A stretch of 63,896 nucleotides of DNA, filler included, from an uncultured Myxococcia bacterium (lineage in GTDB: Bacteria; CAZTWC01): the NCBI GenBank assembly GCA_964617105.1. It is 4 parts of 4 records of this genome, joined end to end, with 100 filler letters (N's around TTAATTAATTAA, not from the genome) between each part and the next. Parts side by side here need not be neighbours in the genome. Positions count along the whole stretch, not along the records: positions 16,711 to 33,315 come from CAZTWC010000058.1; 3 more parts are not named here. One strand, written 5' to 3'. Positions within the stretch are counted from its first letter, which is position 1; every line of letters starts with the position of its first letter. Positions 19,603 through 29,044 of this stretch are shown piece by piece. A program made the position numbers and the translations under genes. The notes beneath the pieces were generated by a model, which saw only the letters and a program-made list of their open reading frames with translations, was not told where the DNA came from and ran no database searches.

Positions 19603-19991
19603 AAATCTTAGTTGATACTTGTATCTGGTCTCTGGTGCTCAGAAAAAAAACTCCGGATTTAAATCTCACTAAAAAATTAGAAGATTTTATTTCTGATGGT
19701 AGAGTTGTAATTATTGGTCCAATAAGACAAGAACTTCTCTCAGGCCTTTCAAATCAATCTCAATTCACTAAATTGAAGCAGTTCCTCTCTTCTTTTAAAG
19801 ATACTAATCTAAAAACCGAGCATTTTGTTAGAGCAGCTGAATTCAGTAATTTATGTCGTAAAAATGGGATTCAAGGTTCAACAACCGATTTTTTAATTTG
19901 TGCAGTTGCAGATATTGAAAAACTGTCTATCTTTACCACCGATAATGACTTCAATAATTACAAAAGGTATCTAAAAATAAAACTTATCTAA
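19599..19991 (+). CDS. vapC: VapC PIN-domain toxin
   Basis: ILVDTCIW, IRQELLSG, DFLICA, IFTTDNDF. Confidence 0.9.
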   Translation: MKILVDTCIWSLVLRKKTPDLNLTKKLEDFISDGRVVIIGPIRQELLSGLSNQSQFTKLKQFLSSFKDTNLKTEHFVRAAEFSNLCRKNGIQGSTTDFLICAVADIEKLSIFTTDNDFNNYKRYLKIKLI

Positions 19992-20010
19992 TCCCCCAAT
20001 GGAAAAATAT

Positions 20011-21225
20011 ATGAGCATAGTTAAAATCGCCTGGAGAAATGTGTGGCGGAATCAGCGGCGCACCTTGATAACTGTGGCAGCCATGAGCCTGGCACTAACG
20101 GTTATGATCCTCTATTCCGGCCTGGTGAGAGGATATATGAAGGAGATGGAAAGTAAACTGTTGAACCTTGAATTGGGTGATATCCAAATATTTGCTCCCC
20201 AGTATAAGGAGATGCCCTCAATATACAAAAAAATAGATGAGCACACCGCTCTGCTGGATAAATTGCATGGCCAGGGATTTCTTGCTACAGCCCGATTATT
20301 GGGTGGTGGCCTGGGGGCCTCCAATCAAAACTCTGCTGGGGTTATATTCCTGGGTCTGGAAGTTGAAAATGATGCCAAAGTGAGCCAGATATACCAGCAT
20401 GTTATCAAGGGAAAATGGCTGGATCCCAGTCGTCCAAAAGAGGTGGTGGTGGGACGACGGCTGGCCCGCAACCTGGGGTTAAAAGAGGGAGATGAATTAA
20501 TGGTTCTCTCCCAGGGAGCTGATGGCAGTATGGCGAATGATATCTTTATTATCAGGGGCATCCTCAAAGGGATCAGCCAGGCTGCTGACCGGAGCGGGGT
20601 GTTTATGACCGCTGCAGCATTCAGGGAATTGATGGTCTTTCCCAGGGGGGTCCACCAGGTGATAGTTCGGCGGCCGGAAAATTTGCCTCTGAACATGGCT
20701 AAAATAGAGGTGGACAAGTTAGCCCCGGGGCAGGATGTAAAAACCTGGCGCCAGTTGATGCCAACTATAGCATCCATGCTTGCCAATGCCAAAAGTGTTA
20801 TGATGGTTATGTCCTTAATTGTGTATATCTCCATCGCCATTGTTATCCTAAACGCAATGTTGATGGCGGTTTTCGAAAGAATCAGGGAACTTGGGGTGTT
20901 AAAAGCCCTGGGGATGAAGCCTCTTTCGGTTTTTCTAATGATTTTTACCGAGAGTTTTATCCAGGTGCTGTTGGCGGTTCTTCTGGGATTGACTTTCTCC
21001 CTGCCCGGGGTCTGGTATTTGTCAACTGCAGGGATCAACCTGGAAAGCATGAGTGGTTTTTCTGCCCACGGATTAGCCTGGGATCCTATTTGGAAAGCCC
21101 AATTTAATTCTCAAACTTTCCAGGCTCCAGTGATCACTTTAGTGATTATAGTCTGCCTGGCGGTAATCTATCCGGCTATTAAAGCCGCCTTGATAAAACC
21201 GGTTAAAGCAATTAGTCATCAATAA
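20011..21225 (+). CDS. ABC transporter permease, LolC/FtsX family
   Basis: AWRNVWRNQRRT, VFERIRELGVLKALG, 1+3 TM topology. Confidence 0.9.
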   Translation: MSIVKIAWRNVWRNQRRTLITVAAMSLALTVMILYSGLVRGYMKEMESKLLNLELGDIQIFAPQYKEMPSIYKKIDEHTALLDKLHGQGFLATARLLGGGLGASNQNSAGVIFLGLEVENDAKVSQIYQHVIKGKWLDPSRPKEVVVGRRLARNLGLKEGDELMVLSQGADGSMANDIFIIRGILKGISQAADRSGVFMTAAAFRELMVFPRGVHQVIVRRPENLPLNMAKIEVDKLAPGQDVKTWRQLMPTIASMLANAKSVMMVMSLIVYISIAIVILNAMLMAVFERIRELGVLKALGMKPLSVFLMIFTESFIQVLLAVLLGLTFSLPGVWYLSTAGINLESMSGFSAHGLAWDPIWKAQFNSQTFQAPVITLVIIVCLAVIYPAIKAALIKPVKAISHQ

Positions 21226-21244
21226 TGGTTGGTGGGGGAATATT

Positions 21245-22492
21245 ATGAACAGCATGAGTCTTGCTTCCATGGCCTGGCGCAATTTATGGCGCAACCGGCG
21301 CCGCACCCTGATAACCCTGGTGGGTATTGCAGTGGGCACTGGGTTGGCTATCCTGTTTACCGGTCTTGGAGATGACACCTACGGCAAAATGATCGAACTG
21401 GCGGCCAAAATGGGGGGCGGACATGTTACCATTCAACATGCCGAATATATTGATAATCCCTCCACGAAAAACTATATCAAGGGGATTGGCAAAAAAACCG
21501 CTCTGGCCATGGCCAATCAGAAGGTGAAAAAAGTCAGTCCCAGGATTACTGGTTTTGCCATGTTGTCCACAGCCCGAGACAGCCATGGAGCCTTGATAAT
21601 GGCCTTTGACCCTCAAAAAGAAGACAAAAAAACCCTGACTTTTAAAGAAGCAATGGTTAAGGGATCTTTTTTTAATTCCCGGCATGACAAGGGGATCATT
21701 CTGGGTAAACGGCTGGCAGAGATTTTGCAAGTTAAACTGGGCCGCAAGGTGGTTTACACCATGTCGGATAAAAATGGCGAGATGGTCAGCGGCCTGGCCA
21801 GGGTTCGTGGTTATATCAGCACTGGAGTTGCCAGCCTGGATTCCAATATCTGCCTGCTAACCCTGGATTCTATACGTAAGGTGGTGGGATTAGGTAAAGA
21901 TGAAGCCACCCAGTTGGCAATTTTTATTAGTGATCAGCGTATTAGCAGCCGGGTGGCAAACCAACTGTCCCCCAACCTCAAGAAAGGAATCGTTGCCCTG
22001 GCCTGGCACCAAGTGCAGCCGGAATTGGCCGGATTTATCTCCATGAAGGTTTCTGGCACGGTTTTCTTTGAAATTATCATCATGCTGCTGGTAGCGGCTG
22101 GGATTTTTAACACTATTTTTGTTAGCGTAATGGAGCGGTTGCGAGAGTTTGGTATCCTGATGGCCCTTGGTTTCAGCCCAGCCAAACTGTTTATTTTAGT
22201 GACCTGGGAAAGTTTGTGGCTGGGAATTACCGGGCTGATAGCTTCCGCATTAATTACTGCCTGGCCTTACCATTATCTGAACACCAAAGGGATAGATCTA
22301 ACCGCCATGGTAGGGAAGGGCGGCACTGAAATATCGGGTGTGGCGGTGGACCCCATTATGAGAGTGAGCATCTATCCGGAAAATGCTTTGATAATTGGCC
22401 TGGTGGTGCTGGGAGCCACTTTACTATCTGGTATCTATCCCGCCTGGAAAGCGGGCAGGGTGGAGCCGGTAGAAGCGATAAAATTAGTATAA
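21245..22492 (+). CDS. ABC transporter permease, LolE/FtsX family
   Basis: AWRNLWRNRRRT, VMERLREFGILMALG, YPAWKA. Confidence 0.9.
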   Translation: MNSMSLASMAWRNLWRNRRRTLITLVGIAVGTGLAILFTGLGDDTYGKMIELAAKMGGGHVTIQHAEYIDNPSTKNYIKGIGKKTALAMANQKVKKVSPRITGFAMLSTARDSHGALIMAFDPQKEDKKTLTFKEAMVKGSFFNSRHDKGIILGKRLAEILQVKLGRKVVYTMSDKNGEMVSGLARVRGYISTGVASLDSNICLLTLDSIRKVVGLGKDEATQLAIFISDQRISSRVANQLSPNLKKGIVALAWHQVQPELAGFISMKVSGTVFFEIIIMLLVAAGIFNTIFVSVMERLREFGILMALGFSPAKLFILVTWESLWLGITGLIASALITAWPYHYLNTKGIDLTAMVGKGGTEISGVAVDPIMRVSIYPENALIIGLVVLGATLLSGIYPAWKAGRVEPVEAIKLV

Positions 22493-22535
22493 TAAATATT
22501 AAGAACTACCATAATGTCATAATAAGGAGATAATT

Positions 22536-23240
22536 TTGGAATTATCGACAGAGCAACCGGTTATCCAGATGAAAAAAGTGGATAAAATCTATTGGCAAGG
22601 GGATGTTCAGGTACAGGCCTTGAAAGAGATAAGCCTGGAAGTAAGTAAAGGCGAGTTTACCGCCATTTGCGGCCCTTCCGGATCGGGAAAAACTACTATC
22701 CTCAACCTCATAGGAGCCCTGGACAGCCCATCTTCGGGAGATATTTTACTGGAAGGGATAAACTTGAGCCAACAGAGCCGCTCCCGCCTCAGTCACCTGC
22801 GGTGCCACCGGATAGGTTTTGTTTTTCAAGCCTACAACCTGGTGCCGGTTTTAACCGCCTTTGAAAATGCGGAAGTGGTGCTCTCTTTGCAGAATATAGC
22901 CCGGCCGGAGCGCACCAAGCGGGTGATGGATTTGCTGGCCGAAGTTGGATTGGAGGGGATGGAGCATCGCCGCCCTCATCAACTATCGGGCGGACAACAG
23001 CAGCGAGTGGCCATTGCCAGGGCTATTGCCGCCAACCCGGCAGTGGTGCTGGCTGATGAGCCCACTGCCAATGTGGATTCTGAAACCGCTGAACATCTTT
23101 TGGATATTATGGAGCGCCTGAACCAAACCCTTCAAAAGACCTTTATCTTTTCCACCCACGATCCCCGGGTGATGAAGCGGGCCAGACGCATTATTCACCT
23201 TAAAGACGGCCGGATTGACCGGGTCGATTGTCAGGGCTGA
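22536..23240 (+). CDS. ABC ATP-binding protein, LolD-like
   Basis: GPSGSGKT, LSGGQQQRVAIARA, LADEPTAN, STHD. Confidence 0.93.
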   Translation: MELSTEQPVIQMKKVDKIYWQGDVQVQALKEISLEVSKGEFTAICGPSGSGKTTILNLIGALDSPSSGDILLEGINLSQQSRSRLSHLRCHRIGFVFQAYNLVPVLTAFENAEVVLSLQNIARPERTKRVMDLLAEVGLEGMEHRRPHQLSGGQQQRVAIARAIAANPAVVLADEPTANVDSETAEHLLDIMERLNQTLQKTFIFSTHDPRVMKRARRIIHLKDGRIDRVDCQG

Positions 23241-23242
23241 CA

Positions 23243-24529
23243 GTGAACACTATCTATTTCAGAGTCTTTATCAGAATCTTATTCCTGGCTATGGTAATAA
23301 CCACCATCTTAACCTCTCCATGCCAGGCTTTGGTCAATTTCTCCGGAAAATATTTGCGGGCCGACCTGGTGTTAAGCCAGCGGCTGAGCGGGGCATGGTT
23401 AGATTTTCCTGAGTATCAATATTTTCAAAATCTGGGTGATGATAATCTGGGAGCATCAATAACCAGGATACTAATCGATGGCGTCATTGGTGATTCCGTG
23501 AGTTTTGAGGCAAATATTTACGCTGACCTGGCAAAAATGCCCGACACCAGGTCCAGTCAGATCATGGGAGGGGCAGCCGTACTCTCATCTCCCTATAGAA
23601 CCCCTTTTTTATCTCACCGTTTTTGGGAAAGAGAAAATTTCCAAGGAGAGGTGGGCATTGACCGGCTGGCAATCTTTTGGAACCAAAATCCATGGACTCT
23701 CTCCCTGGGCCGGTTTACGGTCAATTACAGTGTAACCTCAATCTTTACTCCAAATGATTTTTTTGCCCCCTTTTCTGTTGCAGCAGTTAACAAAGTTTAC
23801 AAACCTGGAGTGGATGCCGCTCGAATAGTCCTGGAATTGGGAACGCTCTCCTCCCTGGAGATTATAGGCGTAATGGGCACTGACCAGCAAAATGTAAAAC
23901 CAGCCTGGGATGATGCCGCCCTCCTGGGTCGGGGCAGCACGGTTGTGGAAGATATCCATCTGGCTCTTATGGGTGGCAGGCTTGCTCAACGCTGGATAAT
24001 GGGTGGCTCAATTCAGGGCGAATCTGGTCCGGTTAATATTCGAACCGAAGGTCACGCCGGACGCTCCGATAGCAATCCAAAAGAGACATTTGTCCATCTG
24101 GCGGCCGGGCTGGACACCACTTTCAATTGGCAAAACTCCGGTGTGGGGATGGAATATGCTTTTTTCTCGGACCGGGCAAAAAATAGTGCCGATTATTTAG
24201 ATGAGGCCTTTCATCTACTGCCAGACCAGGGCTTATTTTTAGCCCGCCACTACCTGGGATTTTGGGGTGGATTGGATCTTTCTGCCCTCGCCAGGCTGAA
24301 CAACAGTTGGATTGTCAACCTTATAGACAGGTCCGGTCTGGTGACGGTTATGCTAATTTACAGTTTGGGAGATGAACTGGAGTTGGTTGCCGGGGCTTTA
24401 ACCAGTTGGGGAAAAACCGGGCCAGTTAACTCATTAAATCGGGTTGTAAACCAGATATCAGCCCTTGCTTATAGTGAATACGGCTATATGCCCAGGATGT
24501 TGTTCCTGGAAATCAGAACATATTTTTAG
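23243..24529 (+). CDS. Exported, probable outer-membrane beta-barrel protein
   Basis: Signal peptide, GIDRLAI..LSLGRF, F.PNDFFAPF, KPGVDA, C-terminal Phe (LEIRTYF). Confidence 0.65.
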   Translation: MNTIYFRVFIRILFLAMVITTILTSPCQALVNFSGKYLRADLVLSQRLSGAWLDFPEYQYFQNLGDDNLGASITRILIDGVIGDSVSFEANIYADLAKMPDTRSSQIMGGAAVLSSPYRTPFLSHRFWERENFQGEVGIDRLAIFWNQNPWTLSLGRFTVNYSVTSIFTPNDFFAPFSVAAVNKVYKPGVDAARIVLELGTLSSLEIIGVMGTDQQNVKPAWDDAALLGRGSTVVEDIHLALMGGRLAQRWIMGGSIQGESGPVNIRTEGHAGRSDSNPKETFVHLAAGLDTTFNWQNSGVGMEYAFFSDRAKNSADYLDEAFHLLPDQGLFLARHYLGFWGGLDLSALARLNNSWIVNLIDRSGLVTVMLIYSLGDELELVAGALTSWGKTGPVNSLNRVVNQISALAYSEYGYMPRMLFLEIRTYF

Positions 24530-24705
24530 CCTGCCGGCGACTGTTCGCAGACATCCATTTTTTGGTAGATCGCTTCAAATATATCGGTAATACGCAAAAC
24601 TCCCATGGTTATAACTCCGGTCCTTACCAATAGCGAATTGTGCTCTCTGGTAATCAACCGGTGGATGGCCGCAACCAGGGAACCACCGCCTGGGAAGGAA
24701 TGCAA
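24526..24705 (-). pseudogene. C-terminal remnant of a CBS-domain protein
   Basis: Translates SLVAAIHRLITREHNSLLVRTGVITMGVLRITDIFEAIYQKMDVC (single CBS repeat); in-frame TAG upstream at 24715-24717 and no N-terminal half. Confidence 0.55.
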
Positions 24706-24801
24706 ATCGCTAAACTAAGTCAAGATTGGATGGGGTGAAGCAACTATTGACTACTCTTGGGATTCTGGACATGTCGATTGGCTCTTAGGTGAGGTCTATT
24801 G

Positions 24802-26112
24802 TTATTGGTTGCTATTGGCCACTTTTTTGCAGGCTAAAACATAGATCACGCTGGAGAGACGGTTCAATCCGTGAAGTATCGCCTCCTTTTGGCGGCCCGA
24901 CAAATGCGGCGCTCCCTGGTCAAAAACCTCCAGCGCAGTCAACTCCACCTCCCGGCTGTATGCTCTCAGCAGGTTGAGTTTGGCGGCTGTCTTTCCAAGG
25001 GAGTGATGGGGCATCAAATAACCAACCTGCAAATATTTTTGGGTATTGTGGGAGATTTCTCTCATCTCATCTGCTGAAAGGCCGCCAACCTCTAATTGGG
25101 GAGGCATGGTGCCCTTGATCTCTGCCCCCATTAGTTTGCGGGCATAGTCCAGCACCTCTTTTAAGTCCTGGATTATTTCTGGCTGGTCCTCCTCCTGGGC
25201 GGCGATTTGAGCATCAATAATATAGGCTTGTAAAAGATCCAGTTTTCCTCTCAGTTTGATGACCGGTTCACTTTTTCTTACCAAAGAGTGGTTATCAAAT
25301 AGATGGGTAAAATCCTCTGGCTTTTCAGTTACCGACATCCCGCTGTAAAAAAGGATATATTGGCTAAAATCAGGTTTTTCTTTCTCTTTGATCCGGCTGG
25401 TGCTGGTTTTTAATCTGGCGTCTATTTGCCGGATTCTCTCTTCTGCATCATGGCCGGGTTCAAAACGATGGGGATGAGCCGCCAATTCCAACACCGTCTC
25501 CTGAAAGGCTTTGGCCGCAGCCTGGCAGGCGCAGAGGTCGCCTTTTAACAAAGCGCCGGCAAAATTGGTCTCTGAGGGGGGCGGATAATACTCGGCCATA
25601 TTAACCTGGGCAACCTTCAAAGCAGCATCGATCCCCAGGATAGCCTCGATGGGCGGGGCGATCAAATAGGCCAAAGGCTCACCAGGTGAAATACCAGCTA
25701 TTTTTGATAAATAATGGCCAGTGCTGCTGAGCACATGGGGGAAAAAAGTCAGAGAGTTGGTCTCATCAGCTGAATAGAACCAGGCGCTCTCTTCCAGATA
25801 ATCGCTGGTGGCTCGGATGCCGCTGGCTAAAATATCGGGGTCCTGGGCAGCCAAAATACCGATAATCTCGCCGGAAAAAGGTCCTGATGCATAATCAGAG
25901 CCTGCATAGAAACTCCTGGCGTAAACCACCTCCACCTCTGCCTCCTTGGTTCCTTGATCCAGGGCGGCGTAAAGTGAGTCATCAATGGTGCTGGTGATCA
26001 TGCCGATACAGGATTGTTCCGGTTTCAACTCCAGCACTTTGGCCAACTCCGGCTGCACACTGGTGATGGTGCGGACACTTAAAATTTCAGCTTTTATAGG
26101 TTCCAGAATCAT
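24802..26112 (-). CDS. eutL-eutT: EutL (BMC-T shell protein)-EutT (corrinoid adenosyltransferase) fusion, 436 aa
   Basis: ATG 26112 overlaps the eutC stop (ATGA). First ~215 aa carry EutL motifs (ALDQGTK, VVYARSFYAG, SGPFSGEIIG, LAYLIAPPIEA, PPSETNFAGALL). The C-half carries EutT motifs (KPEDFTHL, IKLRGKLD, ISHNTQKY, LNLLRAYSREVEL, LNRLSS). No stop or gap between them. Confidence 0.85.
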   Translation of the reverse strand: MILEPIKAEILSVRTITSVQPELAKVLELKPEQSCIGMITSTIDDSLYAALDQGTKEAEVEVVYARSFYAGSDYASGPFSGEIIGILAAQDPDILASGIRATSDYLEESAWFYSADETNSLTFFPHVLSSTGHYLSKIAGISPGEPLAYLIAPPIEAILGIDAALKVAQVNMAEYYPPPSETNFAGALLKGDLCACQAAAKAFQETVLELAAHPHRFEPGHDAEERIRQIDARLKTSTSRIKEKEKPDFSQYILFYSGMSVTEKPEDFTHLFDNHSLVRKSEPVIKLRGKLDLLQAYIIDAQIAAQEEDQPEIIQDLKEVLDYARKLMGAEIKGTMPPQLEVGGLSADEMREISHNTQKYLQVGYLMPHHSLGKTAAKLNLLRAYSREVELTALEVFDQGAPHLSGRQKEAILHGLNRLSSVIYVLACKKVANSNQ

Positions 26113-27101
26113 TTCGCACTCCCAGAAGAAGACAATCCAAGGCCGGATGTGCGCTGGGCTAAAATCTTCAGGGTCAGGTTTTTGATCTCTTCCACCGCTG
26201 CCGGGATATCTGTGCCTTTGCGGTGAATATTGGAAATCATGGAACGGTTGGCCTCGGTTATACTCTTCTGTTTTAGGTACAAGGCGTAACAACCCATACT
26301 TTCTGCCGACTTCAGGCCCGGCCTTTCACCCACCAGCATTAGCACCACCTCTGCGTTGACCAGTTTACCGATCTGATCGCCCACTATCACCCGGGAATTT
26401 TCCACAAAACAGACAGTTCCCAGGGAGATATTATCTTTGGCAAGCGTAGCCATCAAGGCAGGCAGCAGGGTAGGGAGGTTGGTATTTATGGCAGTGGAAC
26501 TTAAGCCATCTCCAACTACAATCTGCACCTGCGCCCCTTTTTTTAAACTGCTCTGAACTTTTTTTACCGATTCAGCCGATAACTCCCGGCCCAAATCGGG
26601 GCGACGCAAAAAGATAGCCATATCTTCAGCCGCAGATTTAAGCGGCACCACCTGCATTTGCTGCAGCATCTCTTCTGAAACCTTGGAATGAACCGCATCC
26701 CTGGCCGCCGCATGATCAGCCAAGAACTTAAACAGTACGGAGGATGGATAGCGGCAACCGCATCGCCCAATCTGCAAACGAGCCGGGGTGGTTGACAGGT
26801 ACCCGGGCAAATCACGAACCGGTTTCCATGGTTTATATGGCCTCTGCATGGGGATTTCAATTTTCTTGCCCAGCCAGTTCAGCACTTTTTTGCTAAGCAG
26901 ATCCTCTGCCAAAACCGGCTGCTCTCCCAAAATATCTCCAGCCCTAACTCCGGACAAGTTGACCGATCCCATTGCCGTCCCCTTTCCAGAAGTTCCGCCA
27001 ATACTGTTCTCATCTACCGAAAAAACAGCTGCCTTGGTGTCGCTCACATCAAAATCGCTAAGCACTTTTTTGACAATATCTTTTATCTCTTGCGGCTGCA
27101 A
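26109..27101 (-). CDS. eutC: Ethanolamine ammonia-lyase small subunit with N-terminal extension
   Basis: TPARLQIGRCG, DHAAARDAV, LRRPDLGR, DGLSS, GERPGL, ISNIH. Confidence 0.93.
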   Translation of the reverse strand: MQPQEIKDIVKKVLSDFDVSDTKAAVFSVDENSIGGTSGKGTAMGSVNLSGVRAGDILGEQPVLAEDLLSKKVLNWLGKKIEIPMQRPYKPWKPVRDLPGYLSTTPARLQIGRCGCRYPSSVLFKFLADHAAARDAVHSKVSEEMLQQMQVVPLKSAAEDMAIFLRRPDLGRELSAESVKKVQSSLKKGAQVQIVVGDGLSSTAINTNLPTLLPALMATLAKDNISLGTVCFVENSRVIVGDQIGKLVNAEVVLMLVGERPGLKSAESMGCYALYLKQKSITEANRSMISNIHRKGTDIPAAVEEIKNLTLKILAQRTSGLGLSSSGSAK

Positions 27102-27115
27102 TGAATACTCTCCTG

Positions 27116-28466
27116 TTACAAAAATATCCCCAAATGGCCAGCCATGCTGGTAAGGCGGCCGTTTTCCATCAGCCCCATCCGCTCCAGCCAGGTTTCAAAT
27201 TCCGGTGTGGGCCTTAGCCCTAATATCTCCCGGATGGCGGCATTATCATGAAAACTGGTGCTCTGATAGTTGAGCATAATATCATCGCCCATGGGCAAAC
27301 CCATGAAAAAATTTACTCCAGCCGACCCCAAAAGTATGGCTAAATTCTCCAGGTCGTTTTGGTCCATCTGCATATGGTTGGTATAGCAAACATCACAACC
27401 CATGGGAATCCCGTGCATCTTCCCCATAAAATGATCCTCCAAACCGGCTCTGATCACCTGTTTGCTGTCATATAGATATTCCGGGCCGATAAAACCAACC
27501 ACTGTGTTGACCAAAAAAGGCTTATACTGCCGGGCCAGTCCATAACAGCGCGCCTCCATCACCAATTGATCTGATCCATGGTGAGTTGCCGAGGACAGTT
27601 CCGAGCCCTGGCCGGTTTCAAAATAGAGTAAATTGGGCCCTTTGGCAGTGCTCAACTCCTGAATCATGGCCTGACATTCAGCCAGCATCTGGTTATTTAT
27701 CCCAAAAGCATTGTTGCCCTTTTCGCTGCCCGCAATACTCTGGAACATTATATCCATAGGCGCTCCGGCCTGCAGCACTTTCATCTGGGTGGTGATATGG
27801 GCCAAACAGCAAATCTGGGTGGGGACTTGAAAACTTCTGGTAAAATTAAAAAGATTCTCCAATATTGCCCTGGTGCTCTCCTCGGTATCAATGACCGGGT
27901 TAACCCCAATTAAAGCATCACCAGAGCCAAAAGAAAGTCCCTCCATGGTAGAGGCAATTATAGCATCAGGATGGTCGGTGGTATGGTTGGGCTGTAGCCT
28001 GACGCCCAGGCGGCCAGCCAGTCCCATGGTGGTGTTGGCATGGGTAATCACCCTGATTTTCGAGGCCGCACTTACCAGGTCCAGGTTGGACATCAATTTG
28101 GCCAGGGCAGCGATACATTCGCTGGTAAGGCCCCGGCCCAGGGTCAACAGATCCTGACCAGAAACATCCCGATCCAGAACATATTCCCGCAATTGGCCAA
28201 TGGTAAAGGACTTGAACCTCTCATATACCGCCATATCTAAATTATCATCGATTATCCTGGTTACTTCGTCCTCCTGGTAGGGAACAACTGGATGGTTCCG
28301 GATCTCCTCCACCAGCACATCGGCCNNNNNNNNNNCTTTCAGTGGCGTTTTTGGCGGCCACACCAGCCAGTTGATCTCCGGATTTCTCTTCGTTGGCCTT
28401 GGCCAGAACCTCTTTCAGACTATGGAACTGCCAACTCTTACCGCCTAGTAGAGTTTTTAATTTCAA
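27116..28466 (-). CDS. eutB: Ethanolamine ammonia-lyase large subunit (frame break at N gap 28326-28335)
   Basis: VLAKANEEKSGDQLAGVAA, RLQPNHTTD, GDALIGVNP, YFETGQGSELS, RAGLEDHFMGK, MGCDVCYTNH, DIMLNYQSTSFHD. Confidence 0.95.
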
Positions 28467-28628
28467 TCGAATATTCCTCCCTGGGAGCGCATCTATCAGA
28501 CACTATCTAATTTTTTATTCCATTTTATATAGAAAGTCAATGAGTTGATTGGAAAGGGGGATAGTCTAAAACCTATGGTGAAAATGTAAATATTCCAATT
28601 TGAAATTCTAATGTTGCAAAAAATATAC

Positions 28629-28661
28629 GTGAAAAAAAACTACACTGTGAAATAAAACTAC
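28629..28661. promoter_or_regulatory. 15-bp direct repeat, possible activator binding sites
   Basis: GTGAAAAAAAACTAC and GTGAAATAAAACTAC, 18-bp period, about 145 bp upstream of a -24/-12 motif. Confidence 0.4.
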
Positions 28662-28803
28662 GAAATTCCGCTAATATTTTCATTTATATGAAGATTTATA
28701 ATCGGACCAACTATTTCGGTATAATGTATTAGAAGGCCATTTTTAGCCTCTTAACCACCACCTCACATCTATTTCGACAATATCTCACGAACAAATGGCG
28801 ACC

Positions 28804-28819
28804 TGGCTCGTTTCTTGCA
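28804..28819 (+). promoter_or_regulatory. Putative sigma54 -24/-12 promoter
   Basis: TGGCTCG-TTTC-TTGCA, one mismatch to TGGCACG-N4-TTGCW. Confidence 0.6.
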
Positions 28820-29044
28820 TATTAATAAACAAATTTTTACTTATACTATATAGTTCATCCTATAGTCTTTAGTTGAAAACACTATTATCGGTAATAAATT
28901 TGCTACTCCAGTGATTACAATGTAATATGCTGACATAGTTGGCCCGGCATTTGTAGAGGTAATAACCAGGTTACTTTTCGGATATGAACTAACTATTTCA
29001 GGACAACTATTTTTTTAATGAAAATTTACTATTAGTTACTAAAC

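Noticed and set aside
26113-26292. 60-aa N-terminal extension on the EutL-EutT ORF
   Set aside because: Alternative frame inside eutC; the likely start is ATG 26112 overlapping the eutC stop.
28245-28466. Apparent frameshift or pseudogene in eutB
   Set aside because: The break is at the 10-N gap; both halves are intact.
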